Source: Candidatus Bathyarchaeota archaeon (GTDB taxonomy: Archaea; Thermoproteota; Bathyarchaeia; Bathyarchaeales; Bathycorpusculaceae). Taken from it: DNA of 64,000 nt. The notes under the pieces were generated by a model, which was not told the origin of the DNA, ran no database searches, and worked only from the letters and a program-made list of their open reading frames with translations. The DNA is taken from assembly GCA_963833575.1 (NCBI GenBank), contig CAWHXY010000004.1:1088001-1152000 (forward strand), given 5' to 3'. Positions within the stretch are counted from its first letter, which is position 1. Each line of letters opens with the position of its first letter. Of the stretch, positions 1 to 10,075 are shown in pieces. The position numbers and the translations under genes are program-made.

Positions 1-1
1 C

Positions 2-928
2 CCACCAGCAGACGCTGAACTGCTCCTGCTTGGACGATGCAAATCCATCGCTGGAGTGCCTATAACTCCTGATGGAATCCCAACACCCGCATTAATTACA
101 ATGTCAGCTCTGCATTTAGCAGACATTCCCGTCATAGTTGCCAGCGGAGGAGTAAAAGTAAAACCACAAATTCCATTTCTAGACCTTGGCGGAAACCCGG
201 GAAGAGACATCCGAACAGGCAACTCTGTTGATAATGTTGCGGAAGTTATTGAGCGAGCAAAAACTGCAGGTGTAAACCTTTCCAAAGCAGTTGATTACCT
301 TGTTATAGGTGAAAGTATTCCTGGTGGAACAACAACGGCACTTGGCGTACTTTCAGCCTTAGGCATAAAAGCTGAAGGAAAAGTAAGTAGTACTCTGCCC
401 GAAAATCCCCATAGCCTCAAATCCCAAACAGTTAATACAGGCTTGGCGGCTGCGGGTGAAAGATTCGGTAGTTTAGCAAACGATCCAGTTAGAGCTATTT
501 CATGCGTTGGCGACCCAATGATGGCGGCTTTCTCAGGATTAGTAATCGGTGCAGGATCTCAAGTTCCTGTACTTATGGCTGGGGGAACCCAAATGAGTGC
601 AGTCTTAGCCTTGATAAATGTTTTAGATTCTAGCGTACTTTGTAACGTAGCTGTGGGCACAACTCGATGGGTTGCAAAAGACAAATCATCCGACTTAAAA
701 GGCATAGTTACACAATTTTGCGACGTGCCAATTTTAGCAGCTGATTTAAACTTCACATGCTCACGTTACCATGGTTTACAGATTTACGAGACTGGTCTTG
801 TTAAGGAAGGTGTCGGTGCTGGCGGTGCGTCAATAGCAGCGATGGCTAAGCTTGGCGGTGCAGTAACAAAAGACATATTGCTTAAAGAGATAGAACGTAA
901 TTATGCCTCTTTGATGGATTTGAAGTGA
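2..928 (+). CDS. cobT: Nicotinate-nucleotide:dimethylbenzimidazole phosphoribosyltransferase (archaeal CobT), 5'-truncated by window edge
   Basis: Frame open from base 2 (PPADAELL...); motifs GESIPGGTTTA, GDPM, LMAGGTQM, VKEGVGAGG; directly upstream of cobS/cobY. Confidence 0.9.
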   Translation, partial: PPADAELLLLGRCKSIAGVPITPDGIPTPALITMSALHLADIPVIVASGGVKVKPQIPFLDLGGNPGRDIRTGNSVDNVAEVIERAKTAGVNLSKAVDYLVIGESIPGGTTTALGVLSALGIKAEGKVSSTLPENPHSLKSQTVNTGLAAAGERFGSLANDPVRAISCVGDPMMAAFSGLVIGAGSQVPVLMAGGTQMSAVLALINVLDSSVLCNVAVGTTRWVAKDKSSDLKGIVTQFCDVPILAADLNFTCSRYHGLQIYETGLVKEGVGAGGASIAAMAKLGGAVTKDILLKEIERNYASLMDLK

Positions 929-935
929 GACGGGC

Positions 936-1691
936 TTGGTTGTTAAAGAGTTAAAAAACCTTTTTTCTTTCCTCACAATTTTTCCAGTATCAATGGATAA
1001 GGACATGCTTGTTGACTGCGCTGAGAACATGTGGTTTTTTCCCTTAATTGGAGCATTTATCGGTTTGTTAGCTGGAGTTTTCGGTTGGGTAGCGTACCAT
1101 TTCTTGCCCGGCATAGTTGTTGGCGGCTTAGTGTTGGCTTTATTGTTGCTAATTACTGGATTGCATCATACAGATGGCTTACTGGATTTTGGCGATGGAA
1201 TTATGGCTCATGGAACTTTTGAACATAAAATTGAAGTTATGCATGACCAGTTAACAGGGGCTGGTGGCCTATCTCTTGGCATAATGACTATGTTGATTTC
1301 CGCTTTAGCTATTGGCCAGTTAAGTGTAGGCCTAATAGTCAGCGGCATCATTGTGGTTGAGCTTTCCGCAAAACTTTCTATGGTTGTTATGGCTTGGGCA
1401 GGAAAATCAGTGCATGAAGGTATGAATTCACCTTTTCTTGAAGCCATGCATGGCGGAAAAGGTAACGTGCGTTTGGTTGTTGCCCTTATCATTTCGCTGG
1501 TAGTTGCTTTGCCGCTATTGCGTTGGGCAGGCGCTCTAATTGTTTTGGCCGCTATAGTCACAAGTTTAGTATTGACCGCGGTTGCACATAGACACTTTAA
1601 CGGAGTTACTGGCGACGTATTCGGCACATCAAACGAGATAACCCGAATGGTCTGCGTGATTGTCCTGTTGGCGGCGGTAGCATGGGCGTAA
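936..1691 (+). CDS. cobS: Adenosylcobinamide-GDP ribazoletransferase (cobalamin synthase)
   Basis: FLTIFP, TGLHHTDGLLDFGDG, GVTGDVFG motifs; multi-TM. Confidence 0.93.
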   Translation: MVVKELKNLFSFLTIFPVSMDKDMLVDCAENMWFFPLIGAFIGLLAGVFGWVAYHFLPGIVVGGLVLALLLLITGLHHTDGLLDFGDGIMAHGTFEHKIEVMHDQLTGAGGLSLGIMTMLISALAIGQLSVGLIVSGIIVVELSAKLSMVVMAWAGKSVHEGMNSPFLEAMHGGKGNVRLVVALIISLVVALPLLRWAGALIVLAAIVTSLVLTAVAHRHFNGVTGDVFGTSNEITRMVCVIVLLAAVAWA

Positions 1692-2296
1692 CCGCGCTTA
1701 TCATGGCTGGTGGAAAAGGCACCCGCATGAGAATCGCCGAAGAGAAACCACTCATTAAAGTCTGTGGCAAACCAGTAATCGAATATGTCATTACAGCATT
1801 AAAGGGTGCCAAGAAGATTGATTCAATCGTTGTCGCTGTAACTGATTGTACGCCTAAAACTGCCAAATATCTAAGTCAATTTCCTGTTAAAGTCATTGAA
1901 ACACCCGGCAAAGATTATGTCTCCGACATGGGGTATGCCAGTCAAAACCTCAAACTCGGTGTCTTTTTAGCCATCGCAGCTGACCTTCCATTGGTTACAA
2001 GTCAAGCTTTGGATACCATAATTGAACGATACGAGAGCTGCGGCAAGCCAGCACTAACAGTTGCTGTTTCGCTTGAAACCAAAACCAAACTTGGCATGAG
2101 CATGGAATATTCATTCAAAATGGATAACAAAGACGTAGTTCCTGTCGGGATCAACGTTATTGACGGGCATAAACGGTACGGCGACGAATGGCTCGACCAA
2201 GATATCTATCTGCTCGATCTAGACGAGTTAGCCATCAACATTAACACTGTAAATGAATTTCAACTAGCTGAACGGCTTCTCGCTAAGAAAAAATAA
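1682..2296 (+). CDS. cobY: Adenosylcobinamide-phosphate guanylyltransferase (NTP transferase)
   Basis: IMAGGKGTRM..EKPL, ADLP, NINT motifs; overlaps cobS end. Confidence 0.85.
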   Translation: MGVTALIMAGGKGTRMRIAEEKPLIKVCGKPVIEYVITALKGAKKIDSIVVAVTDCTPKTAKYLSQFPVKVIETPGKDYVSDMGYASQNLKLGVFLAIAADLPLVTSQALDTIIERYESCGKPALTVAVSLETKTKLGMSMEYSFKMDNKDVVPVGINVIDGHKRYGDEWLDQDIYLLDLDELAININTVNEFQLAERLLAKKK

Positions 2297-2340
2297 TCTT
2301 TCATTTGATTTGGTACCTGAATAATCTCTGATTGCAGTAG

Positions 2341-3222
2341 TCATAATTTATTCGTTGTTTGCTTACTTTCAAGAACTTGCTTTAATGTTTCTTTCATTCT
2401 TCTTGCATCCACATCTAGGTTTGGTGTTTCGCATATAAGTGTCGGATGCATCTCAAAATCGGCAATCACCTCAGCCAACAATCGAAAGTCAGGGCCATAC
2501 CGTTTCTCGTCAAGTGTATGATGTTCCTTTTCTCCCTGACTCGTAAACTCGATGGCTGAGAAATGGCAGTGCATGTTTCTGAGCGTTTCTGTTCCAAGTT
2601 GCTGCTCGACCTTTTCTGCGATTGCTCTGAAATCTTCAATTGTCTTCAAGCAGCCAAGCCCCCTTGCATGTAGGTGCCCCCAGTCTATGACGAGTTGTGT
2701 ACCTTCTACTTCTTCGTTGATGGTTAGTATTTCGTCTAGGCTTCCGACTTGGAATTTTCTTCCCATTGTTTCAGGCCCCAGCTTCACCTTCAAACCGAGG
2801 CTTTGCATTTCAGCGTTAACTTCTTTTAGAGCATCTAAGCATGTTTTGAACGCAAAGTCCTTTTCAAAAAGTCCGTAGAATCCCGTGTGAAAAACCATGA
2901 CGTAAGCTCCCATCCAGTCAGCTGCGGTTGCACATGCAATTAAGCGGCGTTTGCTCGCTTCAACAACTTCTTTTTTTCCAGACAGATTAATGTAGTATGA
3001 GCCATGCATACTGAGCATAACATCGTTTTTCCTTGCCTCTTCGCCGAGCTTTTGTGCATTCTCTTGTTTTATCTGCGGTTTTTGACCCCACTGAACTGCT
3101 TCATACTCAAAAGCGTTCAAGCCCTCTTCACGCAAAAGCTTTGGCACGTCAGATGTAGTTGCTCCCATTAGTTTGAACATGGGTGGAACTCCTGCTGGAC
3201 CAAACCGAGTATTCTCTGCCAT
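2341..3222 (-). CDS. Endonuclease IV-family TIM-barrel AP endonuclease
   Basis: RFGPAG, HGSYYINL, PETMG, DWGHLHAR, HCHFS, GEKEH, ICETP; ATG at 3222 preferred over TTG at 3243. Confidence 0.85.
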   Translation of the reverse strand: MAENTRFGPAGVPPMFKLMGATTSDVPKLLREEGLNAFEYEAVQWGQKPQIKQENAQKLGEEARKNDVMLSMHGSYYINLSGKKEVVEASKRRLIACATAADWMGAYVMVFHTGFYGLFEKDFAFKTCLDALKEVNAEMQSLGLKVKLGPETMGRKFQVGSLDEILTINEEVEGTQLVIDWGHLHARGLGCLKTIEDFRAIAEKVEQQLGTETLRNMHCHFSAIEFTSQGEKEHHTLDEKRYGPDFRLLAEVIADFEMHPTLICETPNLDVDARRMKETLKQVLESKQTTNKL

Positions 3223-3369
3223 CTTAATCCTTCTATATTCCAATTTAGAACATTTGCAAGAAGTAGATTAAGGCGCCGCTGACAGTGGCTAAAATTCAAA
3301 CAATCGACGTTGGCAAGATTCACTTTTTCTTACAAAAGCTGCAATCTCTGAAATTGTTAGCGAATTATT

Positions 3370-4155
3370 TCAATGTATTAATTGAGTTATTGTTGGAATT
3401 GACACGTAAAAGTGGATGTAAACGGCAGCTGCCAAAATTCCGATAGTAATTGCCAACAAGGCGAAATCTCCTCGATGAAATTTGAGCAGATAGAGGTTGG
3501 TGCGTTTTTTTGTGGCGCCCCACGCTCGAGACTCCATTGCTTCCGCTAATTCGAGGCTTCTGCGAATAGCACTGACAATCAATGGGATAAGCACTGGTAC
3601 ATAATTTCTAATTCTCTTCAGTAACCCGCCCTTCTCAAGTTCGAGTCCTCTGGCTTTTTGTGCATCCATGATTGTTTGAGCTTCTTCTGCAAGAACAGGA
3701 ACAAATCTTACAGCTGTAGTGAAGGCGAAGGCAAACTCGTATGGTACTCGCGATTCCTCCAGGGCTAAGCCTAAGTGGTCAGGTGAAGTAGTTAGGAAGA
3801 AAACTGAGAAAGACTCGACAAGCACAACGAAACGGAGAGTTAGTGCAGCTGCGTTTTCAACGATTGGTGCTGTCAAGTGGTAGCCTGAAGTGAAAAAGGA
3901 TGTTGCAATGTTAATTGCGAAAATGAGTATTGCCAGAAAAGAGGCACCTCGCAGGGAACGAATCCATTGTCTCTGAACTTTTGCAAGCAAAACAAAAGGC
4001 ACCTGCAAGAGGAAGAGCAAGAGTAACGGAATTATTTGGGAGAAAAGAATAGCACATACAAAAATCGAAATTACATAGACAAATTTTATTCTTGGGTCTA
4101 AATTGTGGATAGGAGAGTAAACTTTTCTAAATCTTAAGCCATCAAAAACACTCAT
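3370..4155 (-). CDS. ecfT: ECF transporter transmembrane T component
   Basis: LDPRIK, RFVP, AQKARG, AMESRA motifs. Confidence 0.9.
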   Translation of the reverse strand: MSVFDGLRFRKVYSPIHNLDPRIKFVYVISIFVCAILFSQIIPLLLLFLLQVPFVLLAKVQRQWIRSLRGASFLAILIFAINIATSFFTSGYHLTAPIVENAAALTLRFVVLVESFSVFFLTTSPDHLGLALEESRVPYEFAFAFTTAVRFVPVLAEEAQTIMDAQKARGLELEKGGLLKRIRNYVPVLIPLIVSAIRRSLELAEAMESRAWGATKKRTNLYLLKFHRGDFALLAITIGILAAAVYIHFYVSIPTITQLIH

Positions 4156-4157
4156 TT

Positions 4158-4979
4158 CTATGTTTTACTCTCCCGTGCTTTCAGGATTATTTCTTTGGCT
4201 TCGTAAATGTCAATAATATTTTTCGGAAAACCCAAAGGCGATAACTTTGTGAAGATTTGGGCTATCTGTGGTAAAACAATAGACGCCAACTCTAACAATG
4301 CCGGATCTGTAAGAATATCTTTTCCAACACCGTCAGCTACAATCTTGCCATCTTTCATCAAAATAACTCTAGGATTGCTTTCCGCTACAAACTCAACATC
4401 GTGCGTAACAATAACAACAGTTTTTCCTTGCGTTTGCATCTGCAAAATAAACTGACGGAGCTTTTCCTTTTGCTCATGATCTTGCCCAATTGTAGGTTCA
4501 TCCAAAATCAGTGTTTTCGGATCCCAAGCCAACACGGAAGCCAATGCAACACGTTTCCGCTCGCCTCCGCTGAGAAGAAAAGGTGATGTTTTTCGGTATT
4601 GGGTTAACGATAGGAGCTCCAAAGCCCAAGTTACTCTATTTTCAATGACGTCGGCGGCAAACCCAAAATTCTTCAGTGCAAATGCGATTTCGTCTTCGAC
4701 TGTTTCGCTGAATAATTGATGATCTGGGTTTTGGAAAACAAATCCGACGTTTCTGGATAGGGCTGCCACACTTGTTTTAGTTGTTTCAACTCCATCCGCA
4801 CGAACTTTTCCTACTCTGGGTTTCAAAAGACCGTTGAAATGCTTTACTATCGTTGATTTTCCTGCGCCGTTTTGTCCCATGATGGCGACGAATTCGCCGT
4901 CTTTGATTTTTATTGAAACGCCCTTCAAAGCTTCTACTCTGTTAGGGTAAGAAAAATGGACGTCTATTGCCTCAATCAA
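4158..4979 (-). CDS. ecfA2: ECF transporter ATPase
   Basis: GQNGAGKS, FQNPDHQLF, LSGGE, DEPT. Confidence 0.9.
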   Translation of the reverse strand: MIEAIDVHFSYPNRVEALKGVSIKIKDGEFVAIMGQNGAGKSTIVKHFNGLLKPRVGKVRADGVETTKTSVAALSRNVGFVFQNPDHQLFSETVEDEIAFALKNFGFAADVIENRVTWALELLSLTQYRKTSPFLLSGGERKRVALASVLAWDPKTLILDEPTIGQDHEQKEKLRQFILQMQTQGKTVVIVTHDVEFVAESNPRVILMKDGKIVADGVGKDILTDPALLELASIVLPQIAQIFTKLSPLGFPKNIIDIYEAKEIILKARESKT

Positions 4980-5826
4980 TTGGCTTTAGAGCCTCCAGCA
5001 ACTGGTCTGCTAATTCTTCGGAAGATAATGGGATAGTGTCGCTCAGGTTTAAGCCGTCTTTTTTTAGCATTTCATATAGTAATGTTGCTTTGGGAATTCC
5101 AACGCCGATTAAACGTGTTTCCTCTGAGCTAAGGATCTCTCGCGGTTTTCCTTCAAAACGAACTTGCCCTTGGTCCATGACGATAAGGTGGTTTGTGTAT
5201 TTTGCTGTTAAGTCTAATCTATGTTCCACAAGAATGACTGTTATTCCCTGTTTCTGGTTTAAATCGTATATTACTTCGAAAATTTTTTCAGCGCTTAACG
5301 GATCAAGAAAAGATGTAGGTTCATCTAACACGATGATTTCTGGTTCCATCGCTAAAACAGATGCTATTGCAACCCTTTGTTGCTGGCCTCCCGAAATCTC
5401 GTGAGGCGACCGTTCCCGTAAATCATAAATGCCCGTTAAGTTTAGTGCCCAATCAACTTTTTTGCGCATTTCCTCTCGAGGGAATCCCATGTTCTCCAAT
5501 CCGAAAGCCACATCTTTCTCGACGGATAATGCAAACAATTGGTTTTCTGGGTTCTGAAAAACCAAGCCTACATGTTTTGCCATTTCGTAAGTATGATGTT
5601 TAAGTGTGTCTATGCCTGCAACAGAGATTTCCCCTTTCAATTCCCCTTGATAGAAATGCGGAACGAGCCCGTTGAAAGTTCGGCACAAAGTTGTTTTACC
5701 ACAGCCGCTTGGTCCAGTAATTAAAACAAACTCTCCCTTCTCCACTTTGATGGAGACATCCAAAATTGACGGTTTGGATGCGCCTGGATAAGTGTAGGTG
5801 AGGTTTTTTGTTTCAATTACAGCCAT
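4972..5826 (-). CDS. ecfA1: ECF transporter ATPase
   Basis: GPSGCGKT, FQNPENQ, ISGGQQQR, DEPT. Confidence 0.9.
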   Translation of the reverse strand: MAVIETKNLTYTYPGASKPSILDVSIKVEKGEFVLITGPSGCGKTTLCRTFNGLVPHFYQGELKGEISVAGIDTLKHHTYEMAKHVGLVFQNPENQLFALSVEKDVAFGLENMGFPREEMRKKVDWALNLTGIYDLRERSPHEISGGQQQRVAIASVLAMEPEIIVLDEPTSFLDPLSAEKIFEVIYDLNQKQGITVILVEHRLDLTAKYTNHLIVMDQGQVRFEGKPREILSSEETRLIGVGIPKATLLYEMLKKDGLNLSDTIPLSSEELADQLLEALKPID

Positions 5827-5981
5827 TTTTTGTGCCTGCTCACCTTAAGCGTGAGAGTTTGCTCATTTAAGCGTAGCTACGCATTTTTGATAATTTGTTT
5901 TCTTTAGGTTCTGTTCCCTTCGTATGCGATAAATTTTCATTTTAAGAATTGGATGATATTTATGTCGGTTTGAAAAGGGCC

Positions 5982-6197
5982 TTAATAGTTGGATGATTGC
6001 TTATCTGATGTATTTGTTGCAGAAATTAAAAAGGCAATAAAACTAGAAAAGAAACATCCGATTGGAAGAATGTATAGAGTTAGTAATAGTCTACTTTCAT
6101 CCAAAAAAATATCCTCAACACCCAAAACAAACAAACCCATAAGCATAAGCAAAATACCAATTTTGGTATACTTTGATATTTTGCTAAGGGCTATCAT
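5982..6197 (-). CDS. Small two-TM membrane protein, unknown function
   Basis: 71 aa with two hydrophobic segments; AT-rich. Confidence 0.45.
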   Translation of the reverse strand: MIALSKISKYTKIGILLMLMGLFVLGVEDIFLDESRLLLTLYILPIGCFFSSFIAFLISATNTSDKQSSNY

Positions 6198-6436
6198 ACT
6201 TAATGAGTATGATACTTAATCCTAAATATTTTTGGGCTATGGTTTTAGTTTTTTCTTTTGAAGTTGATTTGGTTTAGGTTATCGTGGAAAACGTGGCTCT
6301 GGTTATTGTAATCGGATTAGGAGGGCAAGAAGGGTTCATTCTAGGCGGATTAATCATGCTATAACTACTAATTCAAATTTTGTGAAAAAATGTGTGATTT
6401 TATTTCGATTGTTTAAAAAACTGCGTTTTTTTCTGT

Positions 6437-7429
6437 TTAAGACTGTGGTATGGAATGCTTCAACAATTTTAGGCATTGTTTTAGTGTGGGTTCTATTTCG
6501 CCTGTGCCGCTTACGCCTGCCGCCATTGCGTGTCCTCCGCCGACTCCATGCAACCATTCACCAAGCGGCGTCGCAATATCTTTCCCTAAGTTTACTCCTG
6601 TCTCGGCGAACTGTCGCGTGCTTCGTAGGCTAATCTCGATTTTGCCGTTTTTCATTCCTGCAACAGCCGACACATGAGCCCCTAAATCTACTAGAGCCTT
6701 GGCTCCTGAAGCTTGATAAGCACTAACATGGGAAAGCGCAATTATCCACTCTCCAACTCTTACGATTTTGGCCCTTTTACAAGCTTTCAACTTTGCAAGC
6801 CGCTCAGAAGTATCGATGGGTAGAGCAAATAATGCCAAGGTTTCCTGCACGTCTATTCCCGCAGTTACCAATTTTGCTATAATTTGCAATGTTGCAGCGC
6901 TTGATAACGCAAAATGTCGTGTATCAAAAGCTATGCCAATAAATAATGCCTTAGCCTCGTTGAGGTTTGGCTTGATTTTTGCTTGAGTAAAAAGTTTGTA
7001 AACTATTTCGCAGTTAGCTGCAGCCTTCTCATTTATGATGCATAGTTTGCATATTTTGGTGGTTTCTGGGTTTGCTGAATGGTGGTCAATAATTATTTTT
7101 TGAGCTGGAGACTTCTTTATTATTTCAGCGACTTGATCAAGTTGCTCGACAGTGTTGGTGTCCAAGAAAATTATGATTTCTGCTGATTCAATGTTAGGTT
7201 TTAGGTTGACGGTTATTGGCATGTGTTCAAGAAGCACTTTGGAAGGTTTGTTTACGCCTTGTGGGCATCCAATTTCAGTTACAATATCAGGTTTGAACCG
7301 TTTGAGTAAACATTGTAATGCGTAAGCTGAACAGATCGCGTCCGCATCGGCACTGCGGTGACATAGCAAAAGCACAAAGGCTGGATTGGTTTGCTCCAGA
7401 ATTCTGAGTAATTTTTGGAAATCGTTCAT
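6437..7429 (-). CDS. DHH/DHHA1 family phosphoesterase
   Basis: H..AD.DA, IDHH, DT, GGGH..AAG motifs. Confidence 0.9.
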   Translation of the reverse strand: MNDFQKLLRILEQTNPAFVLLLCHRSADADAICSAYALQCLLKRFKPDIVTEIGCPQGVNKPSKVLLEHMPITVNLKPNIESAEIIIFLDTNTVEQLDQVAEIIKKSPAQKIIIDHHSANPETTKICKLCIINEKAAANCEIVYKLFTQAKIKPNLNEAKALFIGIAFDTRHFALSSAATLQIIAKLVTAGIDVQETLALFALPIDTSERLAKLKACKRAKIVRVGEWIIALSHVSAYQASGAKALVDLGAHVSAVAGMKNGKIEISLRSTRQFAETGVNLGKDIATPLGEWLHGVGGGHAMAAGVSGTGEIEPTLKQCLKLLKHSIPQS

Positions 7430-7722
7430 TTTAGTTTTCTCAAGTAGTTTTCAATGGCTTTATGGGCTTCGTTTGTCGCTTCTTTAACCAACGCCTCTGC
7501 ATCAACACCTTTTGCTTCGGAGCTTAAGGCAAGGTCTGCTTCAACAGTAACACTGCAGGGTTTTGACCCCGTAGCTTCAACGCTAATGTCTAAGCGTTCA
7601 ACCATTTTAGAAGAAATTTTAGAGAGAACGTATTTTCTCGCAGCATTCTCTGCTGTCGAGCATAAAGTTTCTATTTGCTCCGTGGTTAGCTCTGGTATTC
7701 CCAGCTCTACCACAAGCTTCAC
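7426..7722 (-). CDS. DUF3194-like protein
   Basis: Size, sequence pattern and conserved position downstream of prefoldin beta. Confidence 0.65.
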   Translation of the reverse strand: MKLVVELGIPELTTEQIETLCSTAENAARKYVLSKISSKMVERLDISVEATGSKPCSVTVEADLALSSEAKGVDAEALVKEATNEAHKAIENYLRKLK

Positions 7723-7724
7723 CT

Positions 7725-8096
7725 TTAAGACGATGGCTGAGAAACTGGACTTAGGTCTTCTTGGAGTTTTGTCTGGGCTTCTTTTATTTGGCTTTTCATT
7801 CTTTCTTCTTGTCTTGCCAGAACGGTGCTTCTTGTGTCCAAAAGCTCTTTTCTCTCAACTAGATCTTCGGTTACTTTTGGTTTTTCTGCTTTTACCAGTA
7901 ATGAGCCGATTGCTTTGTAAATTACTGAGTCATCAGCAGTTTTCTGAAGTTCAGCTATTGTCTGCTCTACTTCAGTTTTTTCCATTTCAACTTGCTGTTT
8001 TTGTGCTAAAATTGATTGTAATGTCTGCTGAAGTTGTTGCAGTCTAAGAAGCCTTTCTTGTACATTAGGCGGTAACTTGGAAAGTTCGTCACTCAA
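7725..8096 (-). CDS. pfdB: Prefoldin beta subunit
   Basis: LPPNVQ..L..LQQLQQ coiled coil, IYKAIGSLLVK hairpin. Confidence 0.93.
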   Translation of the reverse strand: MSDELSKLPPNVQERLLRLQQLQQTLQSILAQKQQVEMEKTEVEQTIAELQKTADDSVIYKAIGSLLVKAEKPKVTEDLVERKELLDTRSTVLARQEERMKSQIKEAQTKLQEDLSPVSQPSS

Positions 8097-8174
8097 ATTT
8101 TCATACTTCCGTATCAGCCAATACGATAAGCTATTAATTAAGTATTTCCAACAAGGAAAACAGTAACATAAATT

Positions 8175-9479
8175 CTAAGAAATTGTCGAGTTCCAATAGT
8201 AAATGCTTTTGTAGCCAATTTTAGTGACTGGGTAGGTTGCGTCATCATAAACTATGTCAAGTCTAGCGCCGTATTGAACTAAGAGTTTGCTTGTAATTGT
8301 TGCTGTTTGTTGTGTTCTGTAATCACTTGTCCAGAAACCCCAAATGGTATCGTTAGGTTGACGCATACCCCAACCAAAATTCTTGGGCAGAATTAACACG
8401 GCTTCTGGAGAGCTTAAATCGGTAAATTTCTTTTGTGTTACATCATTCCAGAATCTTTGCATTGCATTAAATTGATCATTGGTCATTGTTCCATACTCAT
8501 TTCCTTTATCGTACGGGTAGTCAAAAATTGTGATGTATCTTGCTCCAGCTTCATAAGAAGTTAACATTTGATTGTAAATTTGATCTCCGCTGTCAAGGTA
8601 CGGTGTTTCGTTATATTTCCAAGTTATCATTGTACCCCAATCTTTATTCTCTAATCTTGCTGCTCCCTTAACCTGAGCTATTTCCTCTGTTACACTATTG
8701 TTTGAGCCTAGCTCCGCGAAAAGAGTGTTATATCCTCCTAAGTAATCAAACCAGTATAACGAATAATCTGAAGTGTACGCTTTAATTCCATTGGCGTTTA
8801 AAGCTCTAAGACCAGGGTCTAACTTCAGAACGTCATCAACGAAAAACTTTGCTTCCAAATCATAATCCAGAGGTTTAGTGTCATTACTCATAGCGTTTAA
8901 CATGTTTGAATAAATTTTTTGTAAATCCTGTGCTATCACGTAATAAGGCGTACTCGTATTCGTTCCCATTTGGCTGAGTTTAGGTGCCCAGTATTCGTAC
9001 CAAGCTGACCAATTTCCGTCAAGCTGTATCCCTGCCGGCTCGTCATTATAATAAATCCCTAAAAATTTGTCACCCCACATATCCGTCCAACGTTGCTTAG
9101 TGCTATTCAACGGCTGATCCCAAAACCATGTTTTCTCATTGGTTTCTAAAACGTCATCAATTCCAAGATTAACGATTACGCTAAGGCCTTTAGAAACAGC
9201 ATAGCTACAGATTTCTTCAACACTTGATTGGTTTCGGCTAATGGGATTTCTTCCAGAATCCAAAACAAAGAGGTTTGTATAACCTGAAATCTTGTCAATA
9301 AGGAGTTTAGCTTCTTGAGTGGTGTTTCCGCCGAAAGCAACCCCAACGTAAGGCATAGGTTTACTTTGTGCCTGATCATGGTTTATGTAAAATACGTCGA
9401 AGGCTAAGGCAGAAATAGCCAGTATAACGATGAGGAAGATTGGAACTAAATACTTCCTAACCTGTTTGACTCTACTCAT
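8175..9479 (-). CDS. Secreted/membrane-anchored hypothetical protein, possible glycoside hydrolase-like barrel
   Basis: N-terminal TM/signal segment, Trp/Tyr-rich, FLGIYYNDEPAG motif, many N-x-S/T sequons. Confidence 0.6.
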   Translation of the reverse strand: MSRVKQVRKYLVPIFLIVILAISALAFDVFYINHDQAQSKPMPYVGVAFGGNTTQEAKLLIDKISGYTNLFVLDSGRNPISRNQSSVEEICSYAVSKGLSVIVNLGIDDVLETNEKTWFWDQPLNSTKQRWTDMWGDKFLGIYYNDEPAGIQLDGNWSAWYEYWAPKLSQMGTNTSTPYYVIAQDLQKIYSNMLNAMSNDTKPLDYDLEAKFFVDDVLKLDPGLRALNANGIKAYTSDYSLYWFDYLGGYNTLFAELGSNNSVTEEIAQVKGAARLENKDWGTMITWKYNETPYLDSGDQIYNQMLTSYEAGARYITIFDYPYDKGNEYGTMTNDQFNAMQRFWNDVTQKKFTDLSSPEAVLILPKNFGWGMRQPNDTIWGFWTSDYRTQQTATITSKLLVQYGARLDIVYDDATYPVTKIGYKSIYYWNSTIS

Positions 9480-9664
9480 GCCTAAGCCTTACCTCACAGT
9501 GTTAAATGGCAAACCTTAATGTTTTTCTATAAAGCATCCTAAAGAAAAACAATTTTCAGAAGAGCAACAATCAATTTTCGTTTTTTGACAACGGATTTTT
9601 ATTATTCTTTCGGACTTCTTTTGTGAAGTCTTTTAAGCAACCCAACGTTAACCATTTTTGAGGA

Positions 9665-10042
9665 ATGCAAGTGGAGCGCGCCAAAGTTACAAAAGAAGAG
9701 ATAGTTGAACGAGACATTCATTTTCTAGCTGTTTATGTTGAATCAAAAAATTCGTGCATGATAATGCTAAGCGAAAAAGAAGATAAGCTTGGTACTTTGG
9801 CAATCGCTGTTCCAAAAGCCAAAGACGCAGTTGGTACAGCTACTTCATCGATTCTTTTAGGTGACAAAAACGAAATTTCTGCAAGAATGTTTGCTGAATA
9901 CGTGGCTTCTAAGAAGGGAAAAATTGCCATGGTTTCCGTTTACCTTGAAAAAGTCGGCGAGATACAAGCGCAAGAATTCTTTATGCATCTTATTGATAAG
10001 TTGATTAAGAGTGAAAGCCAAAGAGAGCCAGTGGCAATATAA
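9665..10042 (+). CDS. Proteasome assembly chaperone (PAC3/PAC4)-like protein
   Basis: LGTLAIAVP...SSILLG...ARMFAEYVASK.GKIAMVSV pattern resembles PSMG4-type fold. Confidence 0.5.
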   Translation: MQVERAKVTKEEIVERDIHFLAVYVESKNSCMIMLSEKEDKLGTLAIAVPKAKDAVGTATSSILLGDKNEISARMFAEYVASKKGKIAMVSVYLEKVGEIQAQEFFMHLIDKLIKSESQREPVAI

Positions 10043-10075
10043 CTACAACTCTTTTTCCATCTTCCGTGAAACGCA

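Noticed and set aside
7454-8047. Long antisense ORFs (also 57332..58012, 25797..26324, 48649..49146 and similar)
   Set aside because: Fully overlap well-supported genes on the opposite strand and show no motifs.
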